Source: Rebecca billardiae RCC1528
Lineage: Eukaryota; Protista; Haptophyta
Length of the DNA: 64,000 nt
NCBI GenBank assembly: GCA_965240325.2
Contig: OZ251223.1
Coordinates: forward strand, 558,001 to 622,000
Reading direction: 5' to 3'
Shown here one piece after another: positions 23,232-34,512 of the stretch (positions within the stretch are counted from its first letter, which is position 1; each line of letters opens with the position of its first letter). The notes below the pieces were generated by a model. The model did not search any database, was not told the DNA's origin, and saw only the letters and a list, made by a program, of their open reading frames with translations. The position numbers and the translations under genes are program-made.

Positions 23232-24380
23232 CAGGCTGGTCTCAGCAAGAACTTCCCGAGGCTTTGAATTGTTTTTTTCAGTCCCACTGCGTCTGCGGAA
23301 AACTCTCGATGGCGCCATTAAATCGGCCGCATCGAGAGCTCTCCGACGAGGGGTCGCACGCCTCTGTCCGCCCCGCCGTTGTCGAGATTCAAACCCCCAC
23401 CCCCCTGCAAAAAATGAACGGCGCGCGATCTCGGTCCGTGCGACCCCTAGTGGTGTTGTTCACACGGTTGCCCGTACCCCAAGCCCCTCTCCTCATCCCC
23501 ACCCTCGCTGTAGCACTGAGACATTGCGTCGTTGTTCTCGCCCGCAGAAGCCGCCGAGCGTTGCGGGTCAACGTGGGACCTGGCATGAGTGACAGGTGTC
23601 TTCATGTCCCACAGCGCGTCTCTCCCATGCTGTCGAGGTACGTGGGCCTCATTGCGCTCGTTGCAACGTCCTTCCTGCGCCTCCCCACCTGTATCAGTGC
23701 CTGACGATGTTGCTTGGAGCACACTCAACCCGCCTTGCCGCCGCACTGTTCAGGGCGGAACTCCTTCGCAATGTTGAAGCGTGCGGCTGCCCTTGACAGA
23801 CGTACGTAGGCTCTCGCACCCCCCGCTTCCACTGCGACAGATTCGAATACCTGCTGCGAGTGAGCCAACTGCGACGAAGTGCAATGTGCTCGTCGTGTTC
23901 GTTCGGAGCCGTTCGAGCGGCGCGCAAGTGACAAGTGCATCTGGCGAGGTCCCACCAACAGAGGCAGGGGCTTTGGCTGTAACCACAGCGATCATGGAAC
24001 GGCTCGCGCGGGCGCAGTCATCAAGCAGTGCGCCATGCTCCGCCTCCGCGCGGGCCAGGTCCGCGCGTGGCCGACCTCGTGGTGATGGATGCCGCCTGGG
24101 CGTCCGATGCGGCAGAAGCCCGCCGGACTGCGGAAACCCCGACGAAACCTCAGTTCAGCGCCACTTCAGACTGCTCGGCCCACTGTGAAAACCACTGTGA
24201 CGGCGCCTCCGCGGCGGAGCGCCGGGCACGAGGTGAGCGACGCGCGCGGCTCCGCGGACAATTTTGTCGGGGACTAGACCCACGATGCGAGCGATCGTAC
24301 TCAGCCGATTCCCCGTGCTCGCCCGCCGCGAGCGCGGACACGTCGGCAGCGCTCGGGAAGTTCTTGGTGAGACCAGCCTG
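23232..24380. mobile_element. Non-autonomous TIR DNA transposon (TA-flanked, Tc1/mariner-like), element A
   Basis: 29-bp TIRs at 23232-23260 (CAGGCTGGTCTCAGCAAGAACTTCCCGAG) and 24352-24380, with 1 mismatch. TA at 23230-31 and 24381-82. No recognisable transposase. Confidence 0.8.
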
Positions 24381-24382
24381 TA

Positions 24383-25495
24383 CAAGGCCAAGGGTGTCCA
24401 GGGTCCGCAACAGCCAGTGCGCAGCGCGGCAGAGGCTGTGACAGAGCGAGGTCGCCGCTCGCCAGTGGGACTCGCCCGCCCGCCGCCGTGCACGGTGGCC
24501 GAGCCGCTCGCGCCGTGCGCTCCTGCGGCCGTCGGATCGGGCTGCGTAGGCGGCGCGCGGCGTGGGCCGTCGCAGAGCCACCCAGCGCCCCTCGCTGCGC
24601 CGCGCGCCTTCCTCGTCCTCGCCTCCTCCGCGCCTTGAAGCAGCACGCACACGCGCGGCGCCGCCACAAAAGCAGCGCAGGCGCTCGCGTGCAAGCGTGC
24701 GCGCGCGCAGCGCGACGGGCTCGACTCGGGGCTCGCGTCGCTGCGGGGGCATGCAGCACCATCCCATGCGCGCGCGACGCCACCTCGAGCCTGCGCGTTT
24801 GACCGTCAGTGCACGCTGATGCACGTTACAAAATGGTCTGACTTGGCATCATCACACGTGCGACGGAAGCTTCCACAACGGGCCTTGAGGGCGTCGACGC
24901 GATCGATGCGGAGACGGTCATGCTTGCGTGCGCTTCTCTTGTGGTCTCCACGCGTGCTGAGAAGCGCCGCGTACGTAGCTGTCATCGTGTCTTGCCTAAG
25001 AAGTTGTCCTGACGCATGGCAGGTTCTGGTCAGATTGGGCCTACTTCAACACGAGGACGTGTGAGCATTTGGCGCGTGACGGTCACAGCGATGCGCAGGC
25101 TCGAGGTGGCGTCGCGCGCGCATGGGATGGTGCTGCATGGCCCCGCAGCGGCGCGAGCCCCGAGTCGAGCCCGTCGCGCGCTGCTTGCACGCGAGCGCCT
25201 GCGCTGCTTTTGTGGCGGCGCCGCGCGTGTGCGTGCTGCTTCAAGGCGCGGAGGAGGCGAGGACGAGGAAGGCGCGCGGCGCAGCGAGGGGCGCTGGGTG
25301 GCTCTGCGACGGCCCACGCCGCGCGCCGCCTACGCAGCCCGATCCGACGGCCGCAGGAGCGCACGGCGCGAGCGGCTCGGCCACCGTGCACGGCGGCGGG
25401 CGGGCGAGTCCCACTGGCGAGCGGCGACCTCGCTCTGTCACAGCCTCTGCCGCGCTGCGCACTGGCTGTTGCGGACCCTGGACACCCTTGGCTGG
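24383..25495. mobile_element. Foldback element B with ~410-bp inverted arms, TA-flanked
   Basis: 24383-24796 is the near-perfect reverse complement of 25093-25495, with a ~300 bp spacer. TA at 24381-82 and 25496-97. Confidence 0.8.
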
Positions 25496-25776
25496 TACAA
25501 CTGACGGCACCCCCGCCCGGGACCACCCGGCTTGCGCCCGTAGCCCGGGGCCCGGCGTGTTAGTCCTGGGCAGCAGCACTTCCGCCGACGGCGAATGACG
25601 TGCCGTCGTGCCCACGTCGTCGTCGTGGGCGCGGGTGTGCGCGGGAATGTGGGATCGAAAAGGAAAATACCCAGCCAGTGCAAAATGCCGTCGCTTGCAA
25701 ACGCCGTCGGCATTTTACTACCCGCAGCGGTGTGCACACGTGCAACTCCGCCGTCAACGCCGCGGCGTGAGCTCGA

Positions 25777-27905
25777 ATGGGCGCCCAGGGGCGGCTGTGC
25801 GCGCTCGTGCTGTGCGCGCTGGTCGGCGCGTGCGGCATCCACGGCCACGCGCCGCGCTGGCCCGTCGGCCGGCCCCTCCTGCGGGCCGCACGCATGCCTC
25901 GCATGATGGGCACACGGTTTGAGCGTGTGCTGCTCGACAAGCTGAGCGCGGTGGGCTCGGAGACGTCGATGCGGACGATCTTCCAGCAGGTGGACGACGA
26001 GGGCAGCGGCAAGATCTCCTCGCAGGACCTGTACGACGCGCTCAAGCAGCTCAACCTCAACCTCACCCGACGCGATGTCGACCGAGCCATCTACCGGTTT
26101 GACCAGAAAGGCGACGGCTCGCTCAACTACGCCGAGTTCGTGCGGATGCTGGAGGACCTGCTGCAGATCCCGCACGACGAGGTGCTCGTGCGCACGGGCG
26201 CGCTCGCGCAGGCGCGGCGGTACACCACCTCCTCGCTCTGGCTGCACGCGCTGCTCACGATGCACAAGTCGTCGCTGCTGAGGCATATCGTCCAGCCGGT
26301 CGCGGCGACCGCGACGTGGTCCGCGCTGCTGGTCGGGCTGTCCCGCGTGGGCTGGCTCACGCCGAACGGGCCGCTGAGCCTGCTGCTCTGGCCCAAAATA
26401 CACACCCTGCTCGGCGGCGCGCTCGGGCTGCTCCTCGTCTTTCGCACCAACTCCGCCTACGCGCGCATGTGGGAGGCATGCGCGCGCGCGCCGGCTGCGC
26501 GCGCCCGCGCGCTGCGCGGGCGAGGCGGCGGTTGTGACCGCCCGGCGAAGCGCCCGCGCCCGCCCTCGCCCCGCAGGGCCGCCAGATCTGGGAGCGCATC
26601 CACAACCTCGCGCGCGATCTCTCGAGGTTCAGCTCGATGTACGCGCGCAACATTGGCCGGCTGAAGACACGGCGCATCGCGCACCTGCTGTGCGCGTTCC
26701 CGGTGCTGCTCGAGCGGCACCTGTCGAACGAGGCGCACGAGCCGCTCGAGATTGACGACTCGAGCCGCCGCCGCCGCATCCAGCCCCACTGGTCCACGTG
26801 GTCGCTCGGCCGGCTCGACCTCTCCGTCCGGCGCCGGCTGAACCGCGTAAGTAACCGGCCGCTCTATGTGTGCCAGTGTGTCGCGCACGAGCTCAAGGAG
26901 CTGTACGACCGGAAGGTGCTCACCGCGCGGGAGAGCCTCTTCGCGCTCGACCTGGTGAACAAGCTGAGCGACAGCATCGGCGCGTGCGAGCGGCTCGTCA
27001 CGACGCCGGTGCCGCTCAACTACGCGCGCCACACCTCGCGCTTCCTCACCATCTGGTGCGCGCGCGCAGCGGCGGCGCGCGGTGGGCGCGCGCGCGACTC
27101 GGCCGCGCCGAAGCGTGTCGGGTGGGTCGTGGCTCGCGCGTGTCGGGCAGGCAGTGCGCTCGTGAGCCGAGTGCCGTGCTCTGGCGCGCCGCCCCTCGCG
27201 CGCGCTCGACGCGCGAGCGACGCCGGCTCTCACGCACGCACGGCACCGCGCGCGCCGCGCGCTCCCTCTCCGCCATGGCCGCCCGGCTGGCCTGGCTGCC
27301 CTGTGCAGGTGCCTCACACTCCCGCTCTCTCTCGTCAACGAGCTCGGGTTCGCGCTCGTGCCCGCGATGGCGTTTGTGGCGTGGGCGCTGTACGGCATCC
27401 AGGTGCGTGCCGTGCTGCGCCGGCCATGCCCCCCTCAGACTCGCGCCGCCACGGGCGAGACTGACGTGCCCGCACGCACGCACGCGCGCGCGCTGGCAAC
27501 GGTGTGCGCCCGCGGTGCCCCTTGCAGGAGCTCGGCTTGTCGATCGAGCAGCCGTTCGAGAAGCAGCTGCGCACCGACGTGCTCATTGCGTCGATCATCG
27601 GGGACCTGCAGCAGGCGCTGCTCGACGACGGCGCGATCCCATCGGACGTGCAGGACGAGCCCCTCAGCACCACCGCGCAGCCGGCCGGCCCGGCCGCACC
27701 TGCGGCGGACGCCGATGCGAGCGCAGAGCGGCGGATGGACTCGACAGCGGTGGCGAGTACGGCCAGCTTGCAGCAGCCGGCACCCCGGGAAGGCACGAGC
27801 GGGTCGGGCTTGGACCTGGCAGCCGACTCGGCAAGCGCGACAGGCCGCAGCAGTGGGAGTAGTAGCGGCGGCCCGCCCTTCACTTTGCAATATGAATGTG
27901 AATGA
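25777..27905 (+). CDS. Plastid-targeted bestrophin-like anion channel (UPF0187/VCCN1/BST type) with an N-terminal EF-hand pair. Exons 25777-26475, 26577-27055, 27309-27402, 27528-27905
   Basis: Signal peptide followed by an Arg-rich transit-like stretch. EF loops DDEGSGKISSQD and DQKGDGSLNYAE. Channel motifs LLLVFRTNSAYARMWEGRQIW, ACERLVTTPVPLNYARHTSRFL and GIQELGLSIEQPF after splicing. The first intron is GC-AG. Confidence 0.9.
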
Positions 27906-28090
27906 TGCATGTTATTGCTCGGAGTCGGTCGCTGCTCCGTGCTCGTCGTCATGATTAATGACGCGACGATAATCGGTTATCGATCGGATAGACTACGACG
28001 CGACGACTGCGTCTGCCCACTGCTGCCGCTGCGGAACTGCTGCACGACGTAGTCGTCACAGACTCTCACTGCTAGCTATGAGTATGGCAG

Positions 28091-28110
28091 TATATATATA
28101 TATATATATA
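28091..28110. repeat. (TA)n microsatellite
   Basis: Seen directly in the sequence. Confidence 0.9.
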
Positions 28111-28359
28111 TTATCAGTAATTACAGTCCGATTTAAAATTCTGTTAGAATTAAGTAGCGCAACGATTAAATGAATTATTATAAAATGATACATGATAATA
28201 AACTGGTGGTGCTGGCCTTTCGAGATTCGGTGTGGGGTGTGCCTGGGCGCGGACTGGCGGGGAGGCGGCTGGCCTCGGCGGGAGTCGGACGCCGTGTGAA
28301 TCCGTGATCAAGTACAAGTACCAGTGCCTGTGATGCTGAAGAGTGAAGGACGCCGGGAC

Positions 28360-28612
28360 GGGTCATCAGCACGACCGCCGAGTCGCCGAGCACGCGGCGG
28401 CTCGATTTCGGATGACTCGACTGGGACCGTTGATGTGAGAGCTGGACGGCTGAGCCGGGACTGGGACAGCTTGGGGCCTTGGTTGATCATCGGGCCGGGG
28501 AGCGCTGCGGGAGGTCGTCAGCACGACCAAACCGCCGAGCGCGCGGCGGCTCGCGATGTCGGATGGCTCGACTGCTGTTGACGTGAGGGCTGGACGGACT
28601 GCGACGGGCACT
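28360..28612. repeat. Diverged tandem duplication with a ~150-bp period
   Basis: GGTCATCAGCACGACC...CGGATGACTCGACTG...GCTGGACGG (28361-28450) recurs as GGTCGTCAGCACGACC...CGGATGGCTCGACTG...GCTGGACGG (28513-28597). Confidence 0.7.
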
Positions 28613-28660
28613 GCGCCTCGGCGGGCTGCACCAGCCAGCCAGGTGGGGCGCCGTCGTCCC

Positions 28661-30313
28661 TCAGCCTCGCGGCAGCTGCAGCTGGCGCTGGAGCTCGAGG
28701 AGAGTGTGCGTGAACCGCCCGTTGTCGAAGTGCGGGTACTGACCCGGCGCCGACCCGGCGTCATCTCCGAACGGAGGGTACGACTGCTGGGCGCTTGCCC
28801 ACGGCGCCTGCGTCGTCAGCTGGCTGCCATGCAGCGGCGGCAGCGGCGGCAGGCTCGACGCGCCCATATGCGAGAAGGGCGGCGGCTGGTGGGCGTGCAG
28901 ACGTGGCATCTGCTGCTGCTGCTGGAGCGCCGCCAGCTGCAGCCAAACGTCGTGCGAGGGCGCCATCATGCTCAGAGAGGTCGAGGGCGGAGGCGCCGAG
29001 GGCGCCGGCGGCGGCGCGGCGACGGAGGCATGCGGCGGGTAGGGGGGCAGCTCGGTGGCGCGGGAAGGGCCAGCGAGGATGACGGAGGGTGGCTGCGTGG
29101 CAACGGCGGGCGTGCCCGAGCCCTCCTCGTTGCGCTGCGCGCTCGTCTGTCGCGGCGGGTCGCGCACGGCAACGGGGCGGGGTGCGGGCGAAGGGCAAGT
29201 GAGAACGAGCGCCGCGACGAGCGGAGGCAGCTTCTGCCGCACGCAGCGCGGGCCTACACGCAGCCGAGAGGCAGACAGGCGAGGGTACCGGCCGTGCGGC
29301 AGAGCAGGCCGCGCGCGTGCGCGCGCGCGCGTGCGCGCGCGCACCAGCAGCTGCTGCAGCTCGGCAAACTCCTCCGGCGTGGCGATGCCCTTGGCGACGC
29401 GGCGCTGCAGGCGCATGATTGGCCGCACGGCAAGCTGCAGCTTTCGGTACGGCCATCGCTTCACGCCGTTTGCGCGGCAGATCTTCTTGACGACGGATGT
29501 GCAGACACCCAGCGAGCGCGCCGCGTCCGCGATCGGCTCGTCGAAGCGTTGCACAATCGACTCGAAGCTGACGAGCTTGCGCTTGCGGCCGATGCGGCGC
29601 ACGGTCGGCGCCGCGTCGCCGGAAGGCGCCGCGCGGCCAGCGTCGTACGGCGTGACGGCCACGACGTGTGGCCGAGCGGTGGTCACGAGGCCGGCCCCGG
29701 ACGAAGGCGCGTCGGCCTTCGAGTGCGAGTTGCTCATGATCGTCTGCAGCATCCTCATCACCGTGGCACGCGTCTCGACGTCGGTCGAGCCCGAGTCGGC
29801 GGCCTTTGTTCGCAACGCGTCGGGATCGTCGGAGACGGCCGTGCTTTCGAGGCCGTGCGCACGCTCATCCATCGTGAGCGGCGTCGCCGTGACGGTGGGG
29901 AAGGACGAGTTGAAGTCGCCGAAGCCGAGGAGGCCGGCGCTGCGGCATCCGGGCGCAAGCGCCGCGGATCCACGCGCGGCGATGGAGTTGACGCTCCTGC
30001 CGAGGCCGCCGTCGGTCGCGAGCCTTGGCGCGAAGAGAGAAGGCTGGTGGTGCGCGCCAAAAGCGCCGGGCTCCCCGCCCGGCAGCATCTGCGCGCCGGG
30101 CAGCCCTGGCTGCTGCGGCGCCACGTGCTGTGCCCGCACCCGCGTGAGCAGATGCTGCAAGCTGAGGTTCGGATCCTCCGCCTGCATCGGCGGGGGCGCC
30201 GATGGTGGGAGCGCGGCGCTCGGCTCGGATCCCGCTGATGTTGCCAGCTGCTGCGACAGAGCGTCGTAGTACGCCGCGAAGTGCACCTGAGCCGCGACCT
30301 GTGCGTCCATCAT
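28661..30313 (-). CDS. RWP-RK domain transcription factor; probable in-frame intron 29344-29234
   Basis: VSFESIVQRFDEPIADAARSLGVCTSVVKKICRANGVKRWPYRKL, flanked by Gln/Pro-rich regions. The start codon is uncertain. Confidence 0.9.
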   Translation of the reverse strand: MMDAQVAAQVHFAAYYDALSQQLATSAGSEPSAALPPSAPPPMQAEDPNLSLQHLLTRVRAQHVAPQQPGLPGAQMLPGGEPGAFGAHHQPSLFAPRLATDGGLGRSVNSIAARGSAALAPGCRSAGLLGFGDFNSSFPTVTATPLTMDERAHGLESTAVSDDPDALRTKAADSGSTDVETRATVMRMLQTIMSNSHSKADAPSSGAGLVTTARPHVVAVTPYDAGRAAPSGDAAPTVRRIGRKRKLVSFESIVQRFDEPIADAARSLGVCTSVVKKICRANGVKRWPYRKLQLAVRPIMRLQRRVAKGIATPEEFAELQQLLVRARTRARARARPALPHGRYPRLSASRLRVGPRCVRQKLPPLVAALVLTCPSPAPRPVAVRDPPRQTSAQRNEEGSGTPAVATQPPSVILAGPSRATELPPYPPHASVAAPPPAPSAPPPSTSLSMMAPSHDVWLQLAALQQQQQMPRLHAHQPPPFSHMGASSLPPLPPLHGSQLTTQAPWASAQQSYPPFGDDAGSAPGQYPHFDNGRFTHTLLELQRQLQLPRG

Positions 30314-30954
30314 CGGCGGTGCCGACGCGCCGAGGTTGGCCTCGCTCGTGCTCCACGCGCCCGTGGCGGGGAGGTGGCGCGAGCCCGAGGTCGGGAGGTG
30401 CGCAAGCTGCGCATGTCTCGCGTCGAGACGTCCGATCTGCTTACCGAGCACGCGCGCGTCGCTCGAATGGCAAGAGGGTCCCATGCGGGGCTGTTGTCGA
30501 TGGTGTGTGGTCGCCACCGGTCCGAGTGGATACGCGCGTGGTTGTGGTGGGTGGTGTTCGCGGCCTGTTCGACGCAATCCACTTCCAATTTGGCGGGTAG
30601 GCCCAAAAAGGGGTGTCACTTATCATCAGCCGGGCAAGGACACCCTTGAGCCGGGTAAGTTACTGGGATGTACCGCGTTTTCATCAGCGCCATAGGAGGC
30701 CTGATGAAATCGCCGCGGAATCATCGACACCAGATTTCGTCCGCGTTTCGTCGCAGCGTCGGGTGAGATAGGGGATTTTTAAGGGCTTCGGGAAGGGAAT
30801 TCTCGAGTCTTCTTCTATCAAATACTCATCAACTCTCCTCGAATCATGTGGAAGCTCCCCAACGATTCTCATATCGCAATCTGAGCTCCCAGCAATTCAT
30901 TTTCCATTTGCCTGAGCTGATCAACAGTCATCATCATCATTCTCATATTGTATA

Positions 30955-32405
30955 ACCGATTTCGGGCAACCGTGCTCATCAAAGTGATTCTCAAGCTGAA
31001 GTGAGACTTCAACTTCATCCCCTCTTCGGAAGTGTGTTCGGAAGCCAGCTCCTAGTTCAGAACACCTTCGGTCCTATGAAGTCGAACGTCCTTTGCGAAC
31101 GGGTCTCGCTTCGGTACCGCTTCGCAAACTTGACGACTCGGAGTGGCAAAGTCGTTCCGAAGCGAAGCCAAAGTACAGGTTCAAGGTCGAGTTGGTCAGC
31201 GGGCGGCGGCGGCGGCGAGGGCTTCTCCGGCGGCGGGGCGCGCACGGGGCACGGCGCGGCGGGAGCGGATGTGCTCGCACAGCCGGCGCGTGTGGACGGG
31301 CTGTTGTGGAAGTGCACGTGGCGCCCTCCTGCGCCGCGCGTCTTGCGCCACGCCTCTCTCGCCGCGGCTCAGGGCAGCGCGCATGCGCGCGCCGCCTCAA
31401 GGCCAGCCTAGTGCCGCGCCGCAGCCGACCGCGCGCGCGCCGTGCGCGGCGCGGCCGGGAAGGAACGGGCGCGGCTGCCGGGCGAGATGGCGACCCCACG
31501 TGTGCTCGCCATGCCGCCCCGCCACGCCTTGACGACCGTGTCGTCGGTCCGTTTGCATGCCTCTTCGGCTGGTCACAAATGGCGTGCACGGCCTCGCGGT
31601 CGTGACCCTTATCGGGACGATCATTGAGACGCAGAACGGTGCCAGACGGGCACAAGTGCTGTGCGTGCATGCGTGTCTATCACCATACGGCCATGTAGAA
31701 GGTGCGCCATGCGACGCTTTTCTCGCGCTGATGATCGTTCATCATCATCTTCTTCGAGCTCAGGTCTGGCTTGTTACGACTAGTGGTCAGCCAACTCGTC
31801 AACAGCTGTGTGGATCCGTTATTGTGCCCTTTCGCGGCGTCGCGGGGCGGCATGGCGTGCGCGTATGGCGTCGCCATCTCGCCCGGCAGCCGCGCCCGTT
31901 CCTTCCCGGCCACGCCGCGCACGGCGCGCGCGCGGTCGGCTGCGGCGCGGCACTAGGCTGGCCTTGAGGCGGCGCGCGCATGCGCGCTGCCCTGAGCCGC
32001 GGCGAGAGAGGCGTGGCGCAAGACGCGCGGCGCAGGAGAGCGCCACGTGCACTTCCACAACAGCCCGTCCGCACGCGCCGGCTCTGCGAGCACATCCGCT
32101 CCCGCCGCGCCGTGCCCCGTGCGCGCCCCGCCGCCGGAGAAGCCCTCGCCGCCGCCACCGCCGCCGCCGCCGCACAAGCGAACCCGATTGGGCAAAGTGC
32201 TCCCAACGTGTGAAGCCAGCTTCTCAGAAGAGGGGTCACCGCTTTGACACGTGTTCCGCTTCGACTTCCAAAGTGGAACGCAAACCGCAAGCTCACTTCG
32301 CTTTAGGATTCGACAGAAGCTTTGGAAGTCGAAGTCGGTTCGACTTGACTTTCCAATCTGAAGTCACACAATCAGACTTTATGAGCACGGTTGCCCGAAA
32401 TCGGT
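30955..32405. mobile_element. TIR element C with an internal long foldback
   Basis: Perfect 25-bp TIRs ACCGATTTCGGGCAACCGTGCTCAT (30955-30979, 32381-32405). Near-identical internal inverted arms at ~31200-31528 and ~31836-32172. Confidence 0.85.
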
Positions 32406-32534
32406 GATAACGACACAGGTAGGACGACGCGGGTCTCCTGACCAAGGTCGCAACCTTACAGCAGGTGATTTTACGAGCGGATGGTTCCGGGTGGACCTTC
32501 CCCTTCCGGACGCCGACCCCAACTCCACGGCCGC

Positions 32535-33230
32535 GGCGTGTTGCGTGCGTGGCATCGGAACACGGCCATGCTCCGCACTGCGCCCCGCAGCTCGCTCCTC
32601 GTCGACTTTGGCACTTTGCCGCGCCTACGATCAGCGCGCATGCGAGCGTCGACTCGGTGAGCGCCCGCCTGGCGCGCGATGCGATCAACTCGGGGCACGA
32701 GCTGCGGCTCAGCGAGGAAGCGTGTATCTGCACCCAAGCCACGCCGCCGTGAGCCACCTAGCATGTGTTTTGATGCAGCTCTCTCTAGACGGCTGTTGAC
32801 GAGTGCCGATCAGCTTGCACGAGCCGTGCAGCAGTGGAGATCGGGTACTAAACAGACCGTGAGCGCCCTGAAGCGACGATTCGGAGTCCTCGGGTTGTGC
32901 CGGTGGTCGCAGCAGCACGTGCGCATGTGTAGTGCTACGCCTGCGCACGCGACTGTCTTCACGCCATGCCTGAGTAGTCACTCTGACGAGTACGTCGGTG
33001 CGCGGCTTACACGCAGGTACATGCTTCCTTGCGCAGCCGCACCTCCTGCCCCGAGCTGATCGTATCGCGCGCCAGGCGGGCGCTCAAGGCTGAGGCCGGC
33101 GCGGGCTGCTCAGTCCGAGGCGACGCTCGCATGCGTGGCGATCGATCGTAGGCGCGTGACGAGGGGCAAGCTAGGAGGCGCAGAGCGGGGCATGGCAGCG
33201 TTCCCAAGCCAGCCACGCAAGCAACGCGCC
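32535..33230. repeat. Old diverged foldback (arms ~32535-32750 and ~32992-33230)
   Basis: GCGCCCGCCTGGCGCGCGATGCGATCAACTCGGGGCACGAGCTGCGGCT matches the reverse complement of AGCCGCACCTCCTGCCCCGAGCTGATCGTATCGCGCGCCAGGCGGGCGC. GCGCCTACGATC and GCATGCGAGCGTCG are also mirrored. Confidence 0.75.
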
Positions 33231-34512
33231 ACCTTCGCGCGGCAACTCGACGGCCGCAGCACCTCGCGCCGCGCGCGCGGCCAGAAGCTGGTGTGCGCAC
33301 TGTCCGCAGTCTGGGTTGGCAGCCCGTCCAGTTGCGCAGCGCCACGCTCCGACAGGAGTTTAGCCCCTCAGGTGAGCTGAACCCCGGCCCCGCAGAGCGT
33401 AGCCAAGGAGCCGGGAACGCCCTCGTGAGTGAGATTTGGCTGCACGGAGCAAAACGAGCGGCAGTCGATGTGTCCTGGTCCGTGCGCCTGGCGCCGCGCC
33501 CGCGGGTGGCCGCTGCCCACGGGCTGCTGGCCCAGTGCCGATTCCGTTGGTCAGAATCCAACGTTGAAGTCTTAGGCGGCCCGGCGCCGGCAGCCGGGCA
33601 CGGGCACGGGCCAGGCAGCCCCGCCTGCGGGCGGCGCCGGTCCCCGGGCCGGGCTGCCGGAGACTGTGACACTCTCCGTTCTTCATGTCCGTCTGACGTC
33701 TTAATCATCACTTACCAAGACGCGAGCCACTCCGCTGCTGATGACTCGCGGTCGACGTGACCGTGAATGTCCGTGTCCGTAACGTGACTCGTGAGGCGTG
33801 ACCGTGTGTCGCGGCATGTCGCTCAACCGTCAACGGTACCAGCCCCGGGCGCGCCGGCCGACTGGCCGTAGTACCAACGCTGTCGATCTTATTCTCTGAT
33901 ATGACGATGACCTTCAGATATATTCACATTTGATATTATATGTAGGTATAGCGTAGCAGTGTGTTTATTTCAAGATTACTCAGAGACCGCTGCTGATCAC
34001 GTCGTCCGGCGGCTGAGGCTGGCCTACAACGGTAGTAAGACCGGGCGGTAGTATGACTATCACTATAACTACTCGGTAACACTAACAGGCCGGGCCGGAC
34101 TATATATCTATAAGTTAAATACTCGCGTGGACCAAGGGAGATAGCCGGAAAAAGAGTCGGGCGCGAGACATGTGTGCGCCCGGAGTCCGGTGTTTTGCAC
34201 TGTGTTTTGGAGAAAACCGGACTCTGGACCGATAGCTATACCGTATTCTTATTGTATTTCCCCGATACAAAGCGGGTACGTACCCGGTCGGACGGAAAAA
34301 ATAGTAAATTAATTCACGCCGGACCCGGGCGCTCGGGCCGGCGCACACATGACATGGCGCACGGGGCGGCCTTCATGCAGTGGCTTCATAATGCCCGACC
34401 CTCGTTGACTGCTGACGACGCCGGCTACAGTTAAGGGGAGCCAAACTGACGCCCATTCAAAAATGAAAAGCAAAGTCGCGTCGCATTTTCGCTCCGCCCT
34501 CGGCCTTTTAAA

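Noticed and set aside
30679-30750. CTGATGA as a hammerhead ribozyme core
   Set aside because: It is part of a simple TTCATCAG/CTGATGAA hairpin. There is no correctly placed GAAA or stem II/III on either strand.
34169-34351. Small MITE bounded by a 12-bp IR (CATGTGTGCGCC)
   Set aside because: The IR is real, but it is a single copy in this window with no TSD. Support is insufficient.
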